Positions 51,701 through 64,000 of a stretch of DNA of 64,000 nucleotides are shown piece by piece. The position numbers were made by a program, and so were the translations under genes. Each line of letters opens with the position of its first letter. The stretch's first letter is position 1. The stretch spans positions 585,482 through 649,481 of the forward strand of contig NW_014577067.1 of the NCBI RefSeq assembly GCF_000485595.1. Direction: 5' to 3'. The stretch comes from Priapulus caudatus (Eukaryota). The notes beneath the pieces are model-generated. The model saw only the letters and a program-made list of their open reading frames with translations. It was not told the DNA's origin and did not search any database.

Positions 51701-54373
51701 TACGGCAGAAGTAAGTAATGCAAAAACACAACGTACACGCATGCAGAAATGCACGCACACATGCATGCACGCACGCACGTACTTACACGTACATACACGA
51801 ACGTACACGCACGCACGCATGCACGCACGCACGCACAAATGCCTCTCGAGAGTTGCATTTTCTTTTGTTAACACGTATTGTTAATACCTATAACGTGTTC
51901 GATCACCGTAGCGCCGTACGTTGCCATCATTAGCGCTTACGCTCCCCCGCTCGCTTGCAGGGTCTGCTGTATGCGTGCGGTGGAAATGACGGCATGTCGT
52001 CGCTGAGCTCCTGCGAGTGCTACGACCCGCACCTGAACAAGTGGACGGAGATCGCGCCGATGCACACGCGCCGCGCGGGTGCCGGAGTGACCGTGCTCAG
52101 CAGGCATCTCTACGTGCTAGGTACGCTCAGCAGGCATCTCTACGTGCCTGTTGGTTGTTGTCCTGCCTGCGCGTCACGTCCAGCCGGTCAGCTTACCTGT
52201 GGTAGCCGTATGCGCGTCACGTCCAGCCGGTCAGCTTACCTGTGGTAGCCGTATGCACGTCACGACCAGCCGGTCAGCTCACCTGTGGTAGCCGTATGCG
52301 CGTCACGTCCAGCCGGTCAGCTTACCTGTGGTAGCCGTGTGCACGTCACGTCCAGCCGGTCAGCTTACCTGTGGTAGCCTAGCTAGACGAAAGGACAGAG
52401 GAATGTCATTGCTTTTGTTGGACTGTACGGCGGGACACGCATGGACAGGTTGACGAATTAGTAGATGAGAGAATTTACAGATTAGTAGATGGGCGCATTG
52501 ACGGATTAGTATATGAGTGAATTTACGGATTAGTAGGTGGGCGCATTGACAGATTAGTAGATGGACGCATTGACGGATTAGCAGATACGTGTAATGATAG
52601 ATAAATGCTGGCTGACATGATGATAGGATGGCGCCGCTGTAAGAGTCGGTTCACGCATCACTCGTATCTCCTGCGCTTGCAGGCGGCTTCGACGACAACG
52701 CGCCGCTGGCGTCCGTGGAGCGGTACGACACCGAGACGAACTCGTGGAGCGATATCGCGTCGATGTCGAGCTGTCGAGGCGGCGTGGGGGTCGCGACGCT
52801 CTCGGGTCGCATCTACGCCGTCGGAGGTCACGACGGGTCACAGTACCTAGACAGCGTCGAGGCGTACGATGCAGTCAACGACAGGTGAGCGTGACAATAG
52901 TGTCACGAGACATTTAAAAAAATCCTTTCTCCACTTTTGTCGTAGCCTACCACTGCATCGTGATACATTAGGTCCAAGTAGATGGCACCTCTTCTCCTAA
53001 TTCTATGCTATGATTCGTTTAATTGGGGAATAAGAAGTATTGATTATTCCTTTCTTGGTAACCTATTCAAATCATCACAAAGGTACAGTCATTTAACTGT
53101 GAAAGGCAGCTTGCCATAGTCATACCATAGGGTAGTCGTGATATTTAAAGGTACCGTGGCTACGATGATATTTTAGAAAGTAGTTGTCATATTGTTATTT
53201 TAAAAGGTAATTTCATCCATTTTTAGGATGATGCTTATCACTCATGTTGTTACTCTCTCGTTATGTCATCATTCAGTCACCTTGTGTGTGTGGTTTGTGT
53301 GAGGGCTAGGCATTCTCTGTTTGCATTTATTGTAGCTGGGAGCTTGTCTGCAGCATCAGTACATGCAGGGCTGGAGCAGGTGTAGCATGGTGTGAAGTCT
53401 CTGTAAGAGATCTCCACATCAGCAACAGCATCGTCGAAAACACTCCGGTGAAAGCGGTGAGTGCTTGGTTTACTGCTATGTATATATCGGCTCAATTTCT
53501 TAATTGAAATTAATTGAAATTAATTTAGCAGCAGTTTCAGCGTGTCACGTGACTGTTTCTGTCATTGGTGAGTATGTCAATTTATCACTATCCATCATGA
53601 ATTGTTAAGCGTCATGTAGATACAATAATGGAACCCAACAAGAGTAGGGTTACAACGCGAGCCTATTCTTTTCTTTGGAGGAGCCCCTGAGTGATTCACT
53701 CAGGGCGGTTTTATGGTGCTTTTTTGAGACTAGAACTTCCAAACTGAGTTTATTCTAAACACGAACCTTTCTCCGCTATCCTGGGACTTGCTATGTATCA
53801 CAATACTCTGTATTAAACTAATATAACCCAACCCTAACCCAATGACGTAGCGTTCGGCTAACTTCGGCTCCAAGATCGAATGTATCATGGGATGCCTGCT
53901 GTCAGTCATGACGTCACCAGAGCCAGCATGTCAGGCAACACAGGAGCCGAAGTTAGCCGAATGCTATGCGCATTGGGAATGTGTGCATCACAGGTCAACA
54001 GAAATGGCGCTCGAAATATCGCCGCTCGTCGCTTCGAAATTTTGTGACAGGTTATATTAGTTTAATACAGAGTATTGTGATACATAGTAGGTCCCAGGAT
54101 AGCGGAGAAAGGTTCGTGATTAGAATAAACCCAGTTTGGAAGTGCTAGTCTCGAAAAACGCTCCATAAAACTGCCCTGAGTGAATCACTCAGGGGCTCCT
54201 CCAAAGAAAAGAATACGCTCGCGTTGTAACCCTACTCTTGCTGGGTTACATTATTGTGTCTAAGCCGTAAGCGTCATGGTGCACTGTTGCTGAAATGTTT
54301 TAACCGCTATACTAAATATGGGCTCTTGTTTAAGGAGCCGACTGAGGGTGAGGAGATCCGCAGATTGGTTTGA
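42753..54373 (+). CDS. KLHL8: Kelch-like protein 8 (BTB-BACK-6xKelch CUL3 adaptor), ~607 aa
   Basis: Phase-consistent exons 42753-42890 (upstream in-frame ATG at 42684), 44661-45123, 47830-47957, 48313-48460, 48734-48877, 49374-49485, 51449-51617, 51961-52120, 52683-52884, 53336-53456, and tentative 54335-54373 (otherwise stop at 53507). KLHL8-diagnostic peptides VGGRGASGDPFRSIECY, RRRHVGV, RRGIA..LGGPIYAVGGLDD, PRGGVG, YDPHLNKW, WELV..CRAGAGVA. Confidence 0.92.
43171..44089 (-). mobile_element. HINE-family copy (internally deleted) in KLHL8 intron 1
   Basis: Reverse complement of the family 3' end at 43171 (ttagctcatctgacgtagtcagatg) and of the 5' end at ~44089 (gtcgctctgcggcacttgt). Confidence 0.7.
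45051..45632 (+). repeat. 102-bp tandem repeat made of the KLHL8 exon-2 3' end, the splice donor and a GA-rich spacer
   Basis: Four near-identical units plus a degenerate fifth; two further units at 47555-47730 after an N-gap. Confidence 0.9.
46292..46935 (-). mobile_element. Helitron-like non-autonomous element
   Basis: Minus-strand 3' end: GC-rich hairpin then CTAG|T; internal (TATC)n tract. Confidence 0.4.
49581..50714. mobile_element. Kolobok-like non-autonomous transposon (TTAA TSD, GGATA..TATCC ends)
   Basis: ttaa|ggatagtctc ... gagagtatcc|ttaa; inverted internal fragments at 50946-51301 and ~60280-60520. Confidence 0.7.
52167..52379. repeat. 43-bp minisatellite x5 in KLHL8 intron 8
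   Basis: Unit gcgcgtcacgtccagccggtcagcttacctgtggtagccgtat. Confidence 0.9.
53617..54262. mobile_element. Fold-back MITE (TAGATACAATAATG termini, ~200-bp arms)
   Basis: Arms 53617-53830 and 54047-54262 are reverse complements; inner palindrome ttcggctaacttcggctcc / ggagccgaagttagccgaa. Confidence 0.8.
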
Positions 54374-56227
54374 GATGTGCACACTAGATGGCAGCTCAGT
54401 TTCTCCACAGATATTGACCGTGTGAATCATTGCTCATCTGACTGTGGGAAATCATTCTAAGTAGTGTCCGAGGCACGTCTGTCATATGCTTAGTGCCCGA
54501 GTTATAGTAAAGCACATACTGTGACATAGTACTGTGACTACTGTCCACGTAACAATCATATCAATATTTGCAGTTGATCAGATAATGCTACGTGAAGTTG
54601 AAAGGATTTCGTAATATATAGTATTTTCAAAATCATGTAGGGTAATTTTGGTTGTTACTGAATGTAGCAAATAAACGGTTTAGTGATATAAGGTACATCA
54701 CACCTTCCTTATGGTAGAAGATCGGTGTAAATTATATTTCCATTGTCAATTAATGAAATGCTCTATGCATAGTCATAGAAAAACGTGTATTATTGTATTT
54801 GCAAATTTAAAATGTTGTGATTGTTGAATCTTTCTGTAGTCTATCATATCATTTAGTTCAATATTTCGTGACGTCGTCTGCAGTGATTTCTCACAAGTCA
54901 TGTGAGCACAAGGAAGCTAAGACATTTTCCCGTTAAAAGTACTAAAGTGCAATATAAAATATGCAAATTCTCAGGAGATAACGATCAGATTATGTAGGCA
55001 GTGTACGTATTTATGCTGTTGCTGCTTACACGACCCTATCCCCGTTACTGAACGCAGGTTGATGCCTTCACTTCCATATGCCCATCTCTGCAGAGAAACC
55101 AACGCCACTTTGTCGCTACCACTGTGGAAAGGTCTTGATACTTACACTCAAATCCTGTTGTTTTGACGGAAAACTGTGTCACCATTTGCTTGTGATTTCC
55201 TCAGTGTTTCTGTCTACACGCTTGAGTTCTCGAAGGAGTGTGTATGTAGACATGTGACATGTTTATGTGGTGATAGCGATAAACATCAGTATAAATATGT
55301 TACGACATGAAATTCAAAAATTCAAAGTTTTCAACTATCCATAAACTGGTGTTTTCTTCTCAATTACTCAGTAACTTATAATGAAAAATGTATTGCCATC
55401 ATGTTAGGTGGCTTGCATGAGTTAATTGTACGTTGAATTACTGTTGTTTATCTATCTCTATTTTCTACCAAGTATGTATTATGTGCATGATTTCTGTATA
55501 TATTGGTTCCCTTTTCCTATGCCATGAATTCGCAGCGGGTACACGTCTGTTCGGTATAGAAATTGTGAAGGTTATTTATTCCTTATTCTAAGTTATTCTG
55601 TTAGATGATGACAGTGTACTGCGCATTTCCCATTGCTGTGATACGCGCGTTCTTGCATGGAAGTATGCTTGGTGTTGACTCGACTCATGTAAAAGCAGAC
55701 GACGGTCTGCATGGGAGGGCATCAAGCAATATTGCACGTCAGTTAGAGGCACGAAGCTGCAGTTGAGAAATACTTTCCCGGTGCTGTGATCGCTTGCTCT
55801 CACGCTGTGCCGGTGCGTTAACACGTTTTGGCGGACTGGTGACGCAGTTGCAAAATAATTGGTGTGATTGGCACTTGGTCTAATGATCCTGGGCGCAGTG
55901 AATGGTATTTATTGTGCTAACGCGATTGCTATTGATGCTATACGCACTAAATATAGCTTGCTTATAAATGGGAATAGAATGGTAGTTTGCATGAAACAGA
56001 TGCCAACAACCAAATGCCTCACCCTCCTGTGTGAACCCAAGTTTGTGTTACCTACCAGACAGTTTGACTAATTTTGCGGTGTTATAAGTATCATTTTTGC
56101 CAAAGAAACGTATACCTTATATATTCATTACTATTCAGTGTATATAATATTTTGTGAGTAGTGGATTGAGATTAAGATTTGCCACGAGATTTTATATTGA
56201 TGTAAACAAAGAGCCTATATTGATCAT

Positions 56228-57104
56228 CAGGGGTGCAAATCCAGGGAGGGGGGACAGGGGGACATGTCCCCCCACGAATTTTCAGAGGGGGGACATCATA
56301 TCAAATGTCCCCCCCCCACGATTTTGGATGACCATGATTTTGTGTGTAAGTGTGTGTGTGTGTGTGTGTGTGTGCGTGTGTGCGTGCGTGCGTGCGTGCG
56401 TGCGTGTGTGTTTGTGAAGTGAGAACCTTTTTATTGTGTGTGATAGTGCGTCAACGATTGGCTTCTTTCCCTTTTTTTGTTATTGCCAGTTTTCATTTTA
56501 TTCAAGTGCATTTGAGAGCATAATAATGATCATGCACAACTTAAGAAAAATGTGTCTTGATAAATTTAGTACCGTTTTTTTAACACGTTTTTTTTCTTAT
56601 ATTAAATAATTCTTATGCAGAAATCATCAAGAGAAAGTATGTTTATGAAAGTTTAGGAGATATCACTCACATTAGACACTGATTCAAGGATTAAGCTGGA
56701 AACACAAGCTATATTTATTCACGCAAAGAGGACACTGAGTAACTGAGCATCGGTTAGTTTTAACTGAGCATCGGTAATTTTCATTGCAAATTGATATATG
56801 CATATATGATATGACTGGACCAACAATAATAACGGACCAATATATTTTGTGATCAGCCTCAACACCAAATTATTGGTTTTTCTGCTTTTTGTTTTCTTGA
56901 TTTTATGACTGCATGTGGACACCAGCACACACATGCATTTGGTTTGTGATAAGATTACGAAAATTGTGTGTGTGCAGGGGCGTGTACGAGGGGGGGGGGG
57001 GTTTCCGAGGGGGTCTGCACAGGGACGGGCCCCCCAGACCTCCCCCCCTTCGCGTGCTCGCTACGGGTGTCCCCCCCACATTTCAAAATAGATTCGCGCG
57101 CCTG
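56228..57104. mobile_element. hAT-like non-autonomous element, 8-bp TSD TTGATCAT
   Basis: ttgatcat|caggggtgcaaatc ... gattcgcgcgcctg|ttgatcat. Confidence 0.7.
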
Positions 57105-57286
57105 TTGATCATCAATATTATAGGCTCTTTGATGTAAGCCTAAGATTATTGTATGTGACAGTATGATGTCCTTTATCAGCTGTATGCAGAATACAGTCGC
57201 CTGTTATAGTTTCAAAATCTCTGGTCTATATGTACTTAGGTGTCCTATGGTGTCACTTGGACCCCTTCCTATGTGCAGAGATATGT

Positions 57287-57682
57287 CCCGGGGGGCACTC
57301 GCCTCGTAACTTGGTGTGTGTGTGGGGGGGGGTGCCTCACTTTGAAAACCTGACCCTGTCGCAAAACGCTTTGCCCCCTGAAATACACCCTGTCCAAATA
57401 TACTGTACAAAAAAATATACCCTGTTGCAATATTGCACACTTCGGTTATGTCCTGTCCTCCTGTCAATATAGGGAGGTATTGGTTCAATATCGGCCTGGT
57501 GATATTGGCCCAATATTGTTTTCCCAATATTGGCCTAATATTGTTTTTGCCGATATTGGGCCAATATCAGCTTGCTTGCTGGGTTTCTAGATAACCCTGT
57601 GCCAATAATGATGTTCGGAAAATATACCCTGTCCAGCGGCACGACCCCATTACCGTTATCAATGGGAGTGCCCCCCCCCGGA
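57287..57682. mobile_element. CCCGGGGGG-ended MITE with a nested AATATT palindromic array
   Basis: cccggggggcactc ... gagtgcccccccccgg; ATACCCT subterminal repeats. Confidence 0.55.
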
Positions 57683-60600
57683 GATATGTGTTCATTGAAT
57701 TTAGTGGGACTTAGAGGGATTAGGAACTTTACGCATTGCAAGTATCATGATCAATCATGTTCCTTCACAATTTTAATCAATTTTAATTAATCCAAAAATA
57801 AAACATATTGCATCAACATTCAAGACTATATTTGGAAAGCGTGCAAAGAATGAACAAAAAATAAAAATTCTAGCAAATTCTAGCAAAATTTTAATGCGTT
57901 TCGGAGGACCTCCGCCAAACCCCTGAGACTGGCTCACCGAACCCCTGGGGTTCGGTCGAACCCAGGTTAAAAACCACTGACTTAGATTATTTAATTGTGT
58001 CAATGAGTTGATTGCTTTCACTAAGTGTTGTGCATTCGTCTTGTAGGCAGAACTGTAGCGGTTAGCGTGGGAAAGTGGAGGCGAGGCTAACTCATATCAG
58101 CATTACCCGGTGCTACTTCAATGTTAGTTGTTTTATCCAAGAGATCCAAATTAATAACTGTTAATTAGCTTCTACATTGATGTTCACCGTTTACTTGTAG
58201 AAAACGTAGTGACATGTCCATAGCTTTTGATGGATGTGTATCTGGTATCAATATGGTATATAGAACATGTAAATGTTCTTTTTCGATATATTGTTGGTGT
58301 GAAGTGATCACTACCACCAATATATGGTATTTATTGGTAAAATATTTCACGTAGCTATATTGGCGCGAGTGATTTTGTTGAATTCCTGTTGATATCCATT
58401 GACTGAATAGCCGACTGTAATGCAGTAAAATCTTTATTGGGTATATAATTTAGTACCTAGTGTGTTAAAGATAAATTTAATCTACGTCAACGTATTTTTT
58501 ACTAAACGTTGATATATCGACGCTTCGATATTTTTACGAAGTGATGTGTGCCCTTACGTTGTTCTCGCTATACTATCACGTTGCGATTTTGAAACTGAAC
58601 TACAAACGTCATGTCAGTTAATTAGTTTCTTTGAGCAAGAGAGCCGATTAAGCAGAGTATATTGCTCAACATTTTGCACCTCAGTTCTATTACTCACAGA
58701 CCGTTAATGCTCCCGTGGTTGCTTTGCAATAAAGCCGATAATTTCCCTCAGGAAAGCTGCATACATTCGTTACATATTCTCTACAGTCTACATCACATAT
58801 AGGTACGTACGCATCCGTGAAATGTTCGTTTCGCCGTTTCATAAAATACAGCCACCTGCAGTGCAAGGCACATTAGCCGTTATGTCCCACTGACAACTTT
58901 GTTCGTTGTTTATAATCGTGAGAGTCTGAAAATGACCAGCAAATGACGTACGAAGGCTTCACTATGTATCTCCGTTTGTCCTTGTACAAAAATAGACCTC
59001 ACGCCCATCAATCGTTAGTCTCCCATTCGCAATGTGAACAATTTGCTTCTAGAGACACTGCACATAAGTGGTGATGAGGGTGGTTCCTAGTGGTTTGGCA
59101 GGTCCATCACGAAATCATGCATGCACTCTAGGGATTGCAGTATATAAAATGTTAGGTTTAGACGATCCCAAATCACTTGAAATTGTAGAAATTATACAAA
59201 AAGAAAAGAAAAACGCCAATTAACCTTCTACATTTAGGAGGTTTCAATTAGTCCTGTATCTTCAAATGTTAAGAGTAATTGACATTTGTTTGTAGCTAAG
59301 AATTTTCACTACAATTTCATAGTATAAATGCATATATCAAAAAGTCCAGTGTGCATTATTATATATTGCAAGTCGTAGTTTCATAATAATCTCAGTTCTC
59401 CGAAAGTCACTGCATGGGCCACTATAAACGACTTACACTGTCACTCAAATTTTGGTTTTCCTTATTTACTCCGCCTACCTAAATTTAGCCTGCCCCCTCC
59501 AACCCAGCACCACCAAGGGAAAAAATGGAAATGGGTCAGAGAACACTAGCTATTGTAACGTTGCATATATTGCCATCAGTTTTTTGAGACAGCAAAAGCG
59601 AATTATAAATTACTCAGTAGGAATGTGATGGCGCAGCAAAGTAGCCGAGCAGAGGTAAAATCTAGTCAATAATTGCTAACATGGCATCAGCTATTTTTGT
59701 CAAAGTCCCGGGGAAGCTAATCCAGAGAGACATGATACAAGATTGCGTGGCACAGCTTTGCTGTTGAATGTTGATCCTGAACGCTGCACGCGGATGAGAC
59801 GCGCAGTTCCACGGGATATGCGCACGCGACCGCGGGAATGTTTAAGTATTAAGCGCTGTCCGCAGTGGAGATGTGCGCCAAATTCGAGGCCCGGCGCACG
59901 TCTACACAGCGGTCAGCGGATGGTCTGTAGTTTTAAAAGATAACAATGAAGACTTTGTTCTAAATAAGAACTATCGGCGGCTAAATAAGAGAGATCTTGA
60001 CTAGTCAGTCAAAGGGCTTGTTGGGGGTCCATTATGCAGAGCTTCCAATTGAAATGGCCCATGAAATTATCAAGTGGAATTGTGTTTTTCGGAACCCCAA
60101 AGAAAATGTCTCCCTCTTACATGCACCCACTCCTTGATCAATCACGCATTCCGGCGTAAACAATAACAGAGATGAAATTGTGTTGTTTGTCGCTCTTAAC
60201 GCACGTGCATTGATGTACAAGACTGTTGAAAGTACAGGCACTTGGAACTTCTCAATAAAAATAAATATTTACACAATTTTCCACAATGATCGACTGCCTG
60301 TGTGCAAAATAGGTGAACGTATGTAAAACATATGCGGTTAGTACTTACTGTGACATATCCGTGACTAACTGACACCACTAAATTGGTAAAATCAAAATGG
60401 TAAAATGTTCCATGCACCTTAAGAAATGCTGAGAAATTACGAGGTTATCATCGCAGAACTCCCGACACCGCCCATCCTGATGTCACAAAGCTATATGTAA
60501 ACAAACACGCGTGTTGCGAGGTGCCTGCCTCCGATATCCATTTCGAGGCCCGCTAAGCCAAGCATAAGGCGCGCGAGCAAGACGTCACACACACAGCTAC

Positions 60601-61854
60601 GTTCATTGGCTAAAACAATAGTAGCGCGGTTAGGAATTTTCGGAATTATTTAATTTGAAGAAAAACTTCAATGTTCAATGAATGACGCACTCGTTCACTT
60701 GCGACAGCGAGTGAAAATGCCGAAAATTTTCCACTTCGATGCGAAATGCATCGGCCGGGCATTTCATTATTTACGAAAAGTATATAGTACCGTAGAGTTT
60801 GGCTGCTCGCCCGAAACTGGACGCTCCTAAGTGCGCATGCGCCTCTTGTTTTGCAAGGGCGCATACGCAACATGCGCAGTAGTTATCTGCGCATCTCGCC
60901 CATTGAAAACGGTCGCAATAAACAAACATGGCGGCCAACCCGGTCACTCATGGAAACATTTGATTGAAACAATTTGCAATGTAGTAAGTTAGTAAGACTG
61001 TGTTATGTGTCAGGTTACAAGGCGAAACAAAAAGAAAACAAAAGAGCATGGCTACTATTTCTTACGGCCATGCAAAACAAGATTCAAACAAAAAGAAAAC
61101 GAGAGAAAAACAAAAGAGCATGCGCGCATGCACACATAGGAGCGTCGTTTCGGGCGAGCGTCCAATCTCTACTGGACAAAGCCCCATTCATGTCCATCAA
61201 CGAGGAAGGCGGGGCTTATTCTGATTACGGAGATGCGAAAATGCTACAGAAAGACGTAGCGCAGTGCGCTAAACAGCGTGTTATTTTCGTATTTGTGGCA
61301 AACTCTATCGTAGGAAACCGTTCTAACATAGCAGAATGCCCTAGTTCCTGAGATCAGCAATTTGGTGGTCCAATGGGTCCCCACCTTTAAAAATATAAAA
61401 GACTGGTGCGGCGTAGGCTGTGATTGGAAGACACAGTGTCAATCCTCGGCGCGCCCAGGCATCTTGGCCGCATCACGTCAAGTGGAATCAGACATGGCAA
61501 CTACAATAATAGAAATACAGAACTACAAAACCTACAACATTCAGGGAGGCCAAGTTTTATTTCAACATAACAGTGTTGATTATATAACTCGTGAAATACA
61601 TAGTAAACAACTGGCATAAATTAAACTATCAGTAAGCAACAGATATCCCAGCTCTAATATACAGGCTATGACTAGAATGCAACAAATAAATTCTGACAAA
61701 TTTAAACAAGCTGCTTTTTTATATTTTAAAATAGCTGCCTGATAACCATGCTTGCAACACTTTACCACACTAACTTTGACTATTAACACCATAAATAAAA
61801 ATTATTATTTTTTGACTTGGTAGTGTGTATGTGTTTATATTACCGGGTAGTTAT

Positions 61855-62086
61855 GCTCATAGGGTCTATGTCCCCCAGGGTACTGCTGGAACGTACCCTG
61901 GGTACGGTCCGGTATACCGGAACGTACCCTGGTAACCACTTGATATGGTTAGGATTAGGGAGTAGGCGTAGGCGACTCCCTAGACTCGTTAGTGGAGTAG
62001 GCGAGGTATGGTCCGGCATATTAGATAGTACCAGGGTACGTTCCGGTATACCGGACCGTACCCAGGGGGACATAGACCCTATCAGC
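61855..62086. mobile_element. MULE-like MITE, 9-bp TSD GGTAGTTAT
   Basis: ggtagttat|gctcatagggtctatg ... catagaccctatcagc|ggtagttat. Confidence 0.85.
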
Positions 62087-63348
62087 GGTAGTTATCTAGG
62101 TAACAACTTACTAATACCCATAACAACCATTATGACCATCATTGTAAAATATTGTGTAAAAATAAAATACACATCGTCCTCGTTTAACGTAGTCCACTGC
62201 ATCATCAAAACTGCGATCTCCCTGTGTGCACAGATCATGAAATTTCAACTATATTATGTGACCCTCGCGTGATCTTGACATTGATTACAACACTATCAGT
62301 GATGTTTTCTTCACCTGCCTCTCACCTAACTTGTTGAAATGGCCATTCCCTATTGGCCGAGGCTATGCATGGAAGTGTTTAACACTTTTCTGTCGGAACA
62401 AAAGGGGATTTAAGCTAATTCTAACCATCTAAGTAAATGGGATTTACCCATAAAAATACATTAAAAAAAATTTGGCATAATTGTATAGTAATAAAAGAAA
62501 ATCATTTCATAATAGCTGTATATTAAAGGACATTGAGATCTAAGTGAGTGACAATGTAAACAAGTGTCTACATCACTCCAGCCCCCCCCCCCGCGCCCAA
62601 CAATGTTCGTCATAAACTAGCACATAATAACCAATGTAAACGGCCAAAAATCATAATAATGAAGTGCTCCACAAAATTTACCGAATACCTTTCCTAAATT
62701 AAGCAACACAATAAAGAAACAACACTAAGCGGCTTAAATCAACTTTAAACTATGATTATCCGTACAGTGTAAACACAATCCTATGGCTACCACCATGGGT
62801 GAACATTTCATCGTGTGCAAGTAAAATCTAGGTCGGTCTGTATGAAAACTACAGATTATAAATTACTATGATAATAAATTCGTTAAAAATACTACATAAT
62901 TTAACCGTGTTCCCCAGACACATATTTTACTGGGCTAACCTAGTGTTTACTGACTAATTTCCATGTCCAATTTAATTCAATCTATATGAGAATCACAGAC
63001 TACAATCACTATCGCACTAAAGTTGTCAAAAATACTACATACTAAATTACTACTCTACCAACTACTTTATCTAATGAAATAACCCTGTTCTACACAAAAT
63101 GCAGTCGTTGATGGTTGGCTTTTTGTTTTTTTCCCCATGTCTTCTTATTAGTAGTGATGATCAGATATGACAACAAGTTGCTTTTCTTCTAGTTTCTCTA
63201 CACACTCACAAGCTGCAACAACCTTAGCGTATGTACTATCGGTAGAGACCAGTGTGCGTTTTGCATGTTGTGAGCTGCAACGACCGTATAGCATTCCCAA
63301 AGTACAGGCATTCGATGCCTCCGACACAGGACGCGCGCGCACGCTTTC

Positions 63349-63513
63349 TTACCACTTGATGCTTGTTAGCGTCTCGCCCATCACCTTGGCGCTCTTTTGC
63401 AGCTGAGCAAGTTCCTCTGGCTGCAGCTGCTGCAGCATTACCTCCGTGATGCCGTTTTCGCCGAGCACACACGGCAGACTCAGGCAAACATCCTGATCTA
63501 TGCCGTGCAGACC
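63349..63513 (-). CDS. Ldh: Last coding exon of L-lactate dehydrogenase (rest of the gene lies beyond the window)
   Basis: tgtttgcag|GGT... encodes GLHGIDQDVCLSLPCVLGENGITEVMLQQLQPEELAQLQKSAKVMGETLTSIKW*, the typical LDH C-terminus, with a phase-0 intron at the position conserved in animal LDH genes. Confidence 0.9.
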   Translation of the reverse strand, partial: GLHGIDQDVCLSLPCVLGENGITEVMLQQLQPEELAQLQKSAKVMGETLTSIKW

Positions 63514-63717
63514 CTGCAAACAGCAATGTACCGTCCTTAGACGTAAATCTTGCGCATCTCAGTAGTAAGGTTCACTCGATCATCGATGGGCACTGCGGTA
63601 ACCAAAAGGGTGAAGTCACGGTAAAAATGGCCAGTGAATGTGAAACCGGCGCAAAGCAGAAATTAGGGTAATTAAGGCACACACGACACGCGTTCAACAA
63701 GCGTACTGCATATCACG

Positions 63718-63798
63718 ATATCAGGAGTGAATTAATAATAGATTATTATAATATTTCTAATAATAATAATAATAATTCTATTATTATTCACTCCTGAT
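63718..63798. repeat. Short AT-rich hairpin / MITE-like element
   Basis: atcaggagtgaat..aataatag / ctattattattcactcctgat. Confidence 0.55.
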
Positions 63799-64000
63799 GA
63801 TATGTACAGCTGAACTGCTTAGAGCCAGAATTACGGCAATCAGCTTGTACCTCAACCAGTACTTCTTTCAACCAGTCTCTCCAAACCAATCAGAATGTGG
63901 TACGAATAACAGATTTCTCACTGTTAACACCAGTGATGAGCAAAGACAGCTGGTTTCAAGATCTAATCTGATTTTGCATGCTGACATGTGTGCTCCGAAA

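Noticed and set aside
63148..63526. ORF-track peptides at 63148-63342, 63167-63406 and 63236-63526
   Set aside because: Wrong frames or 3' UTR; the real coding frame is the LDH exon.

Overview
Intron-rich, transposon-dense animal (probably marine invertebrate) genomic DNA, from an assembly with three N-gaps and several noisy, long-read-like patches. Genes reconstructed by hand from splice sites: (1) an intronless GT-A-fold glycosyltransferase-like gene (299-1351, -); (2) HBS1L translational GTPase (17 coding exons, ~725 aa, -, 12555-30450); (3) KLHL8 (BTB-BACK-Kelch, ~607 aa, +, 42753-54373), head-to-head with HBS1L; (4) the last coding exon of an L-lactate dehydrogenase (63349-63513, -), missed by the ORF track. 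The best find is a 2.6-kb alternative terminal exon inside HBS1L intron 5 (20105-22686). It encodes a SKI7-like exosome-adaptor isoform (PSxFAxxL and PFDFxxPSPDDIV motifs, own polyA signal), with a 21-aa tandem expansion of an SLxxLA motif and an unusual distant-branch-point, tandem-AG acceptor. KLHL8 carries a 102-bp in-frame tandem array that multiplies its exon-2 splice donor. Many MITEs (P-, hAT-, MULE-, Kolobok-, Harbinger-, EnSpm-like) and Helentron-associated elements are present, often nested. Segments ~4950-7500 and ~28043-33381 are most likely assembly duplicates.
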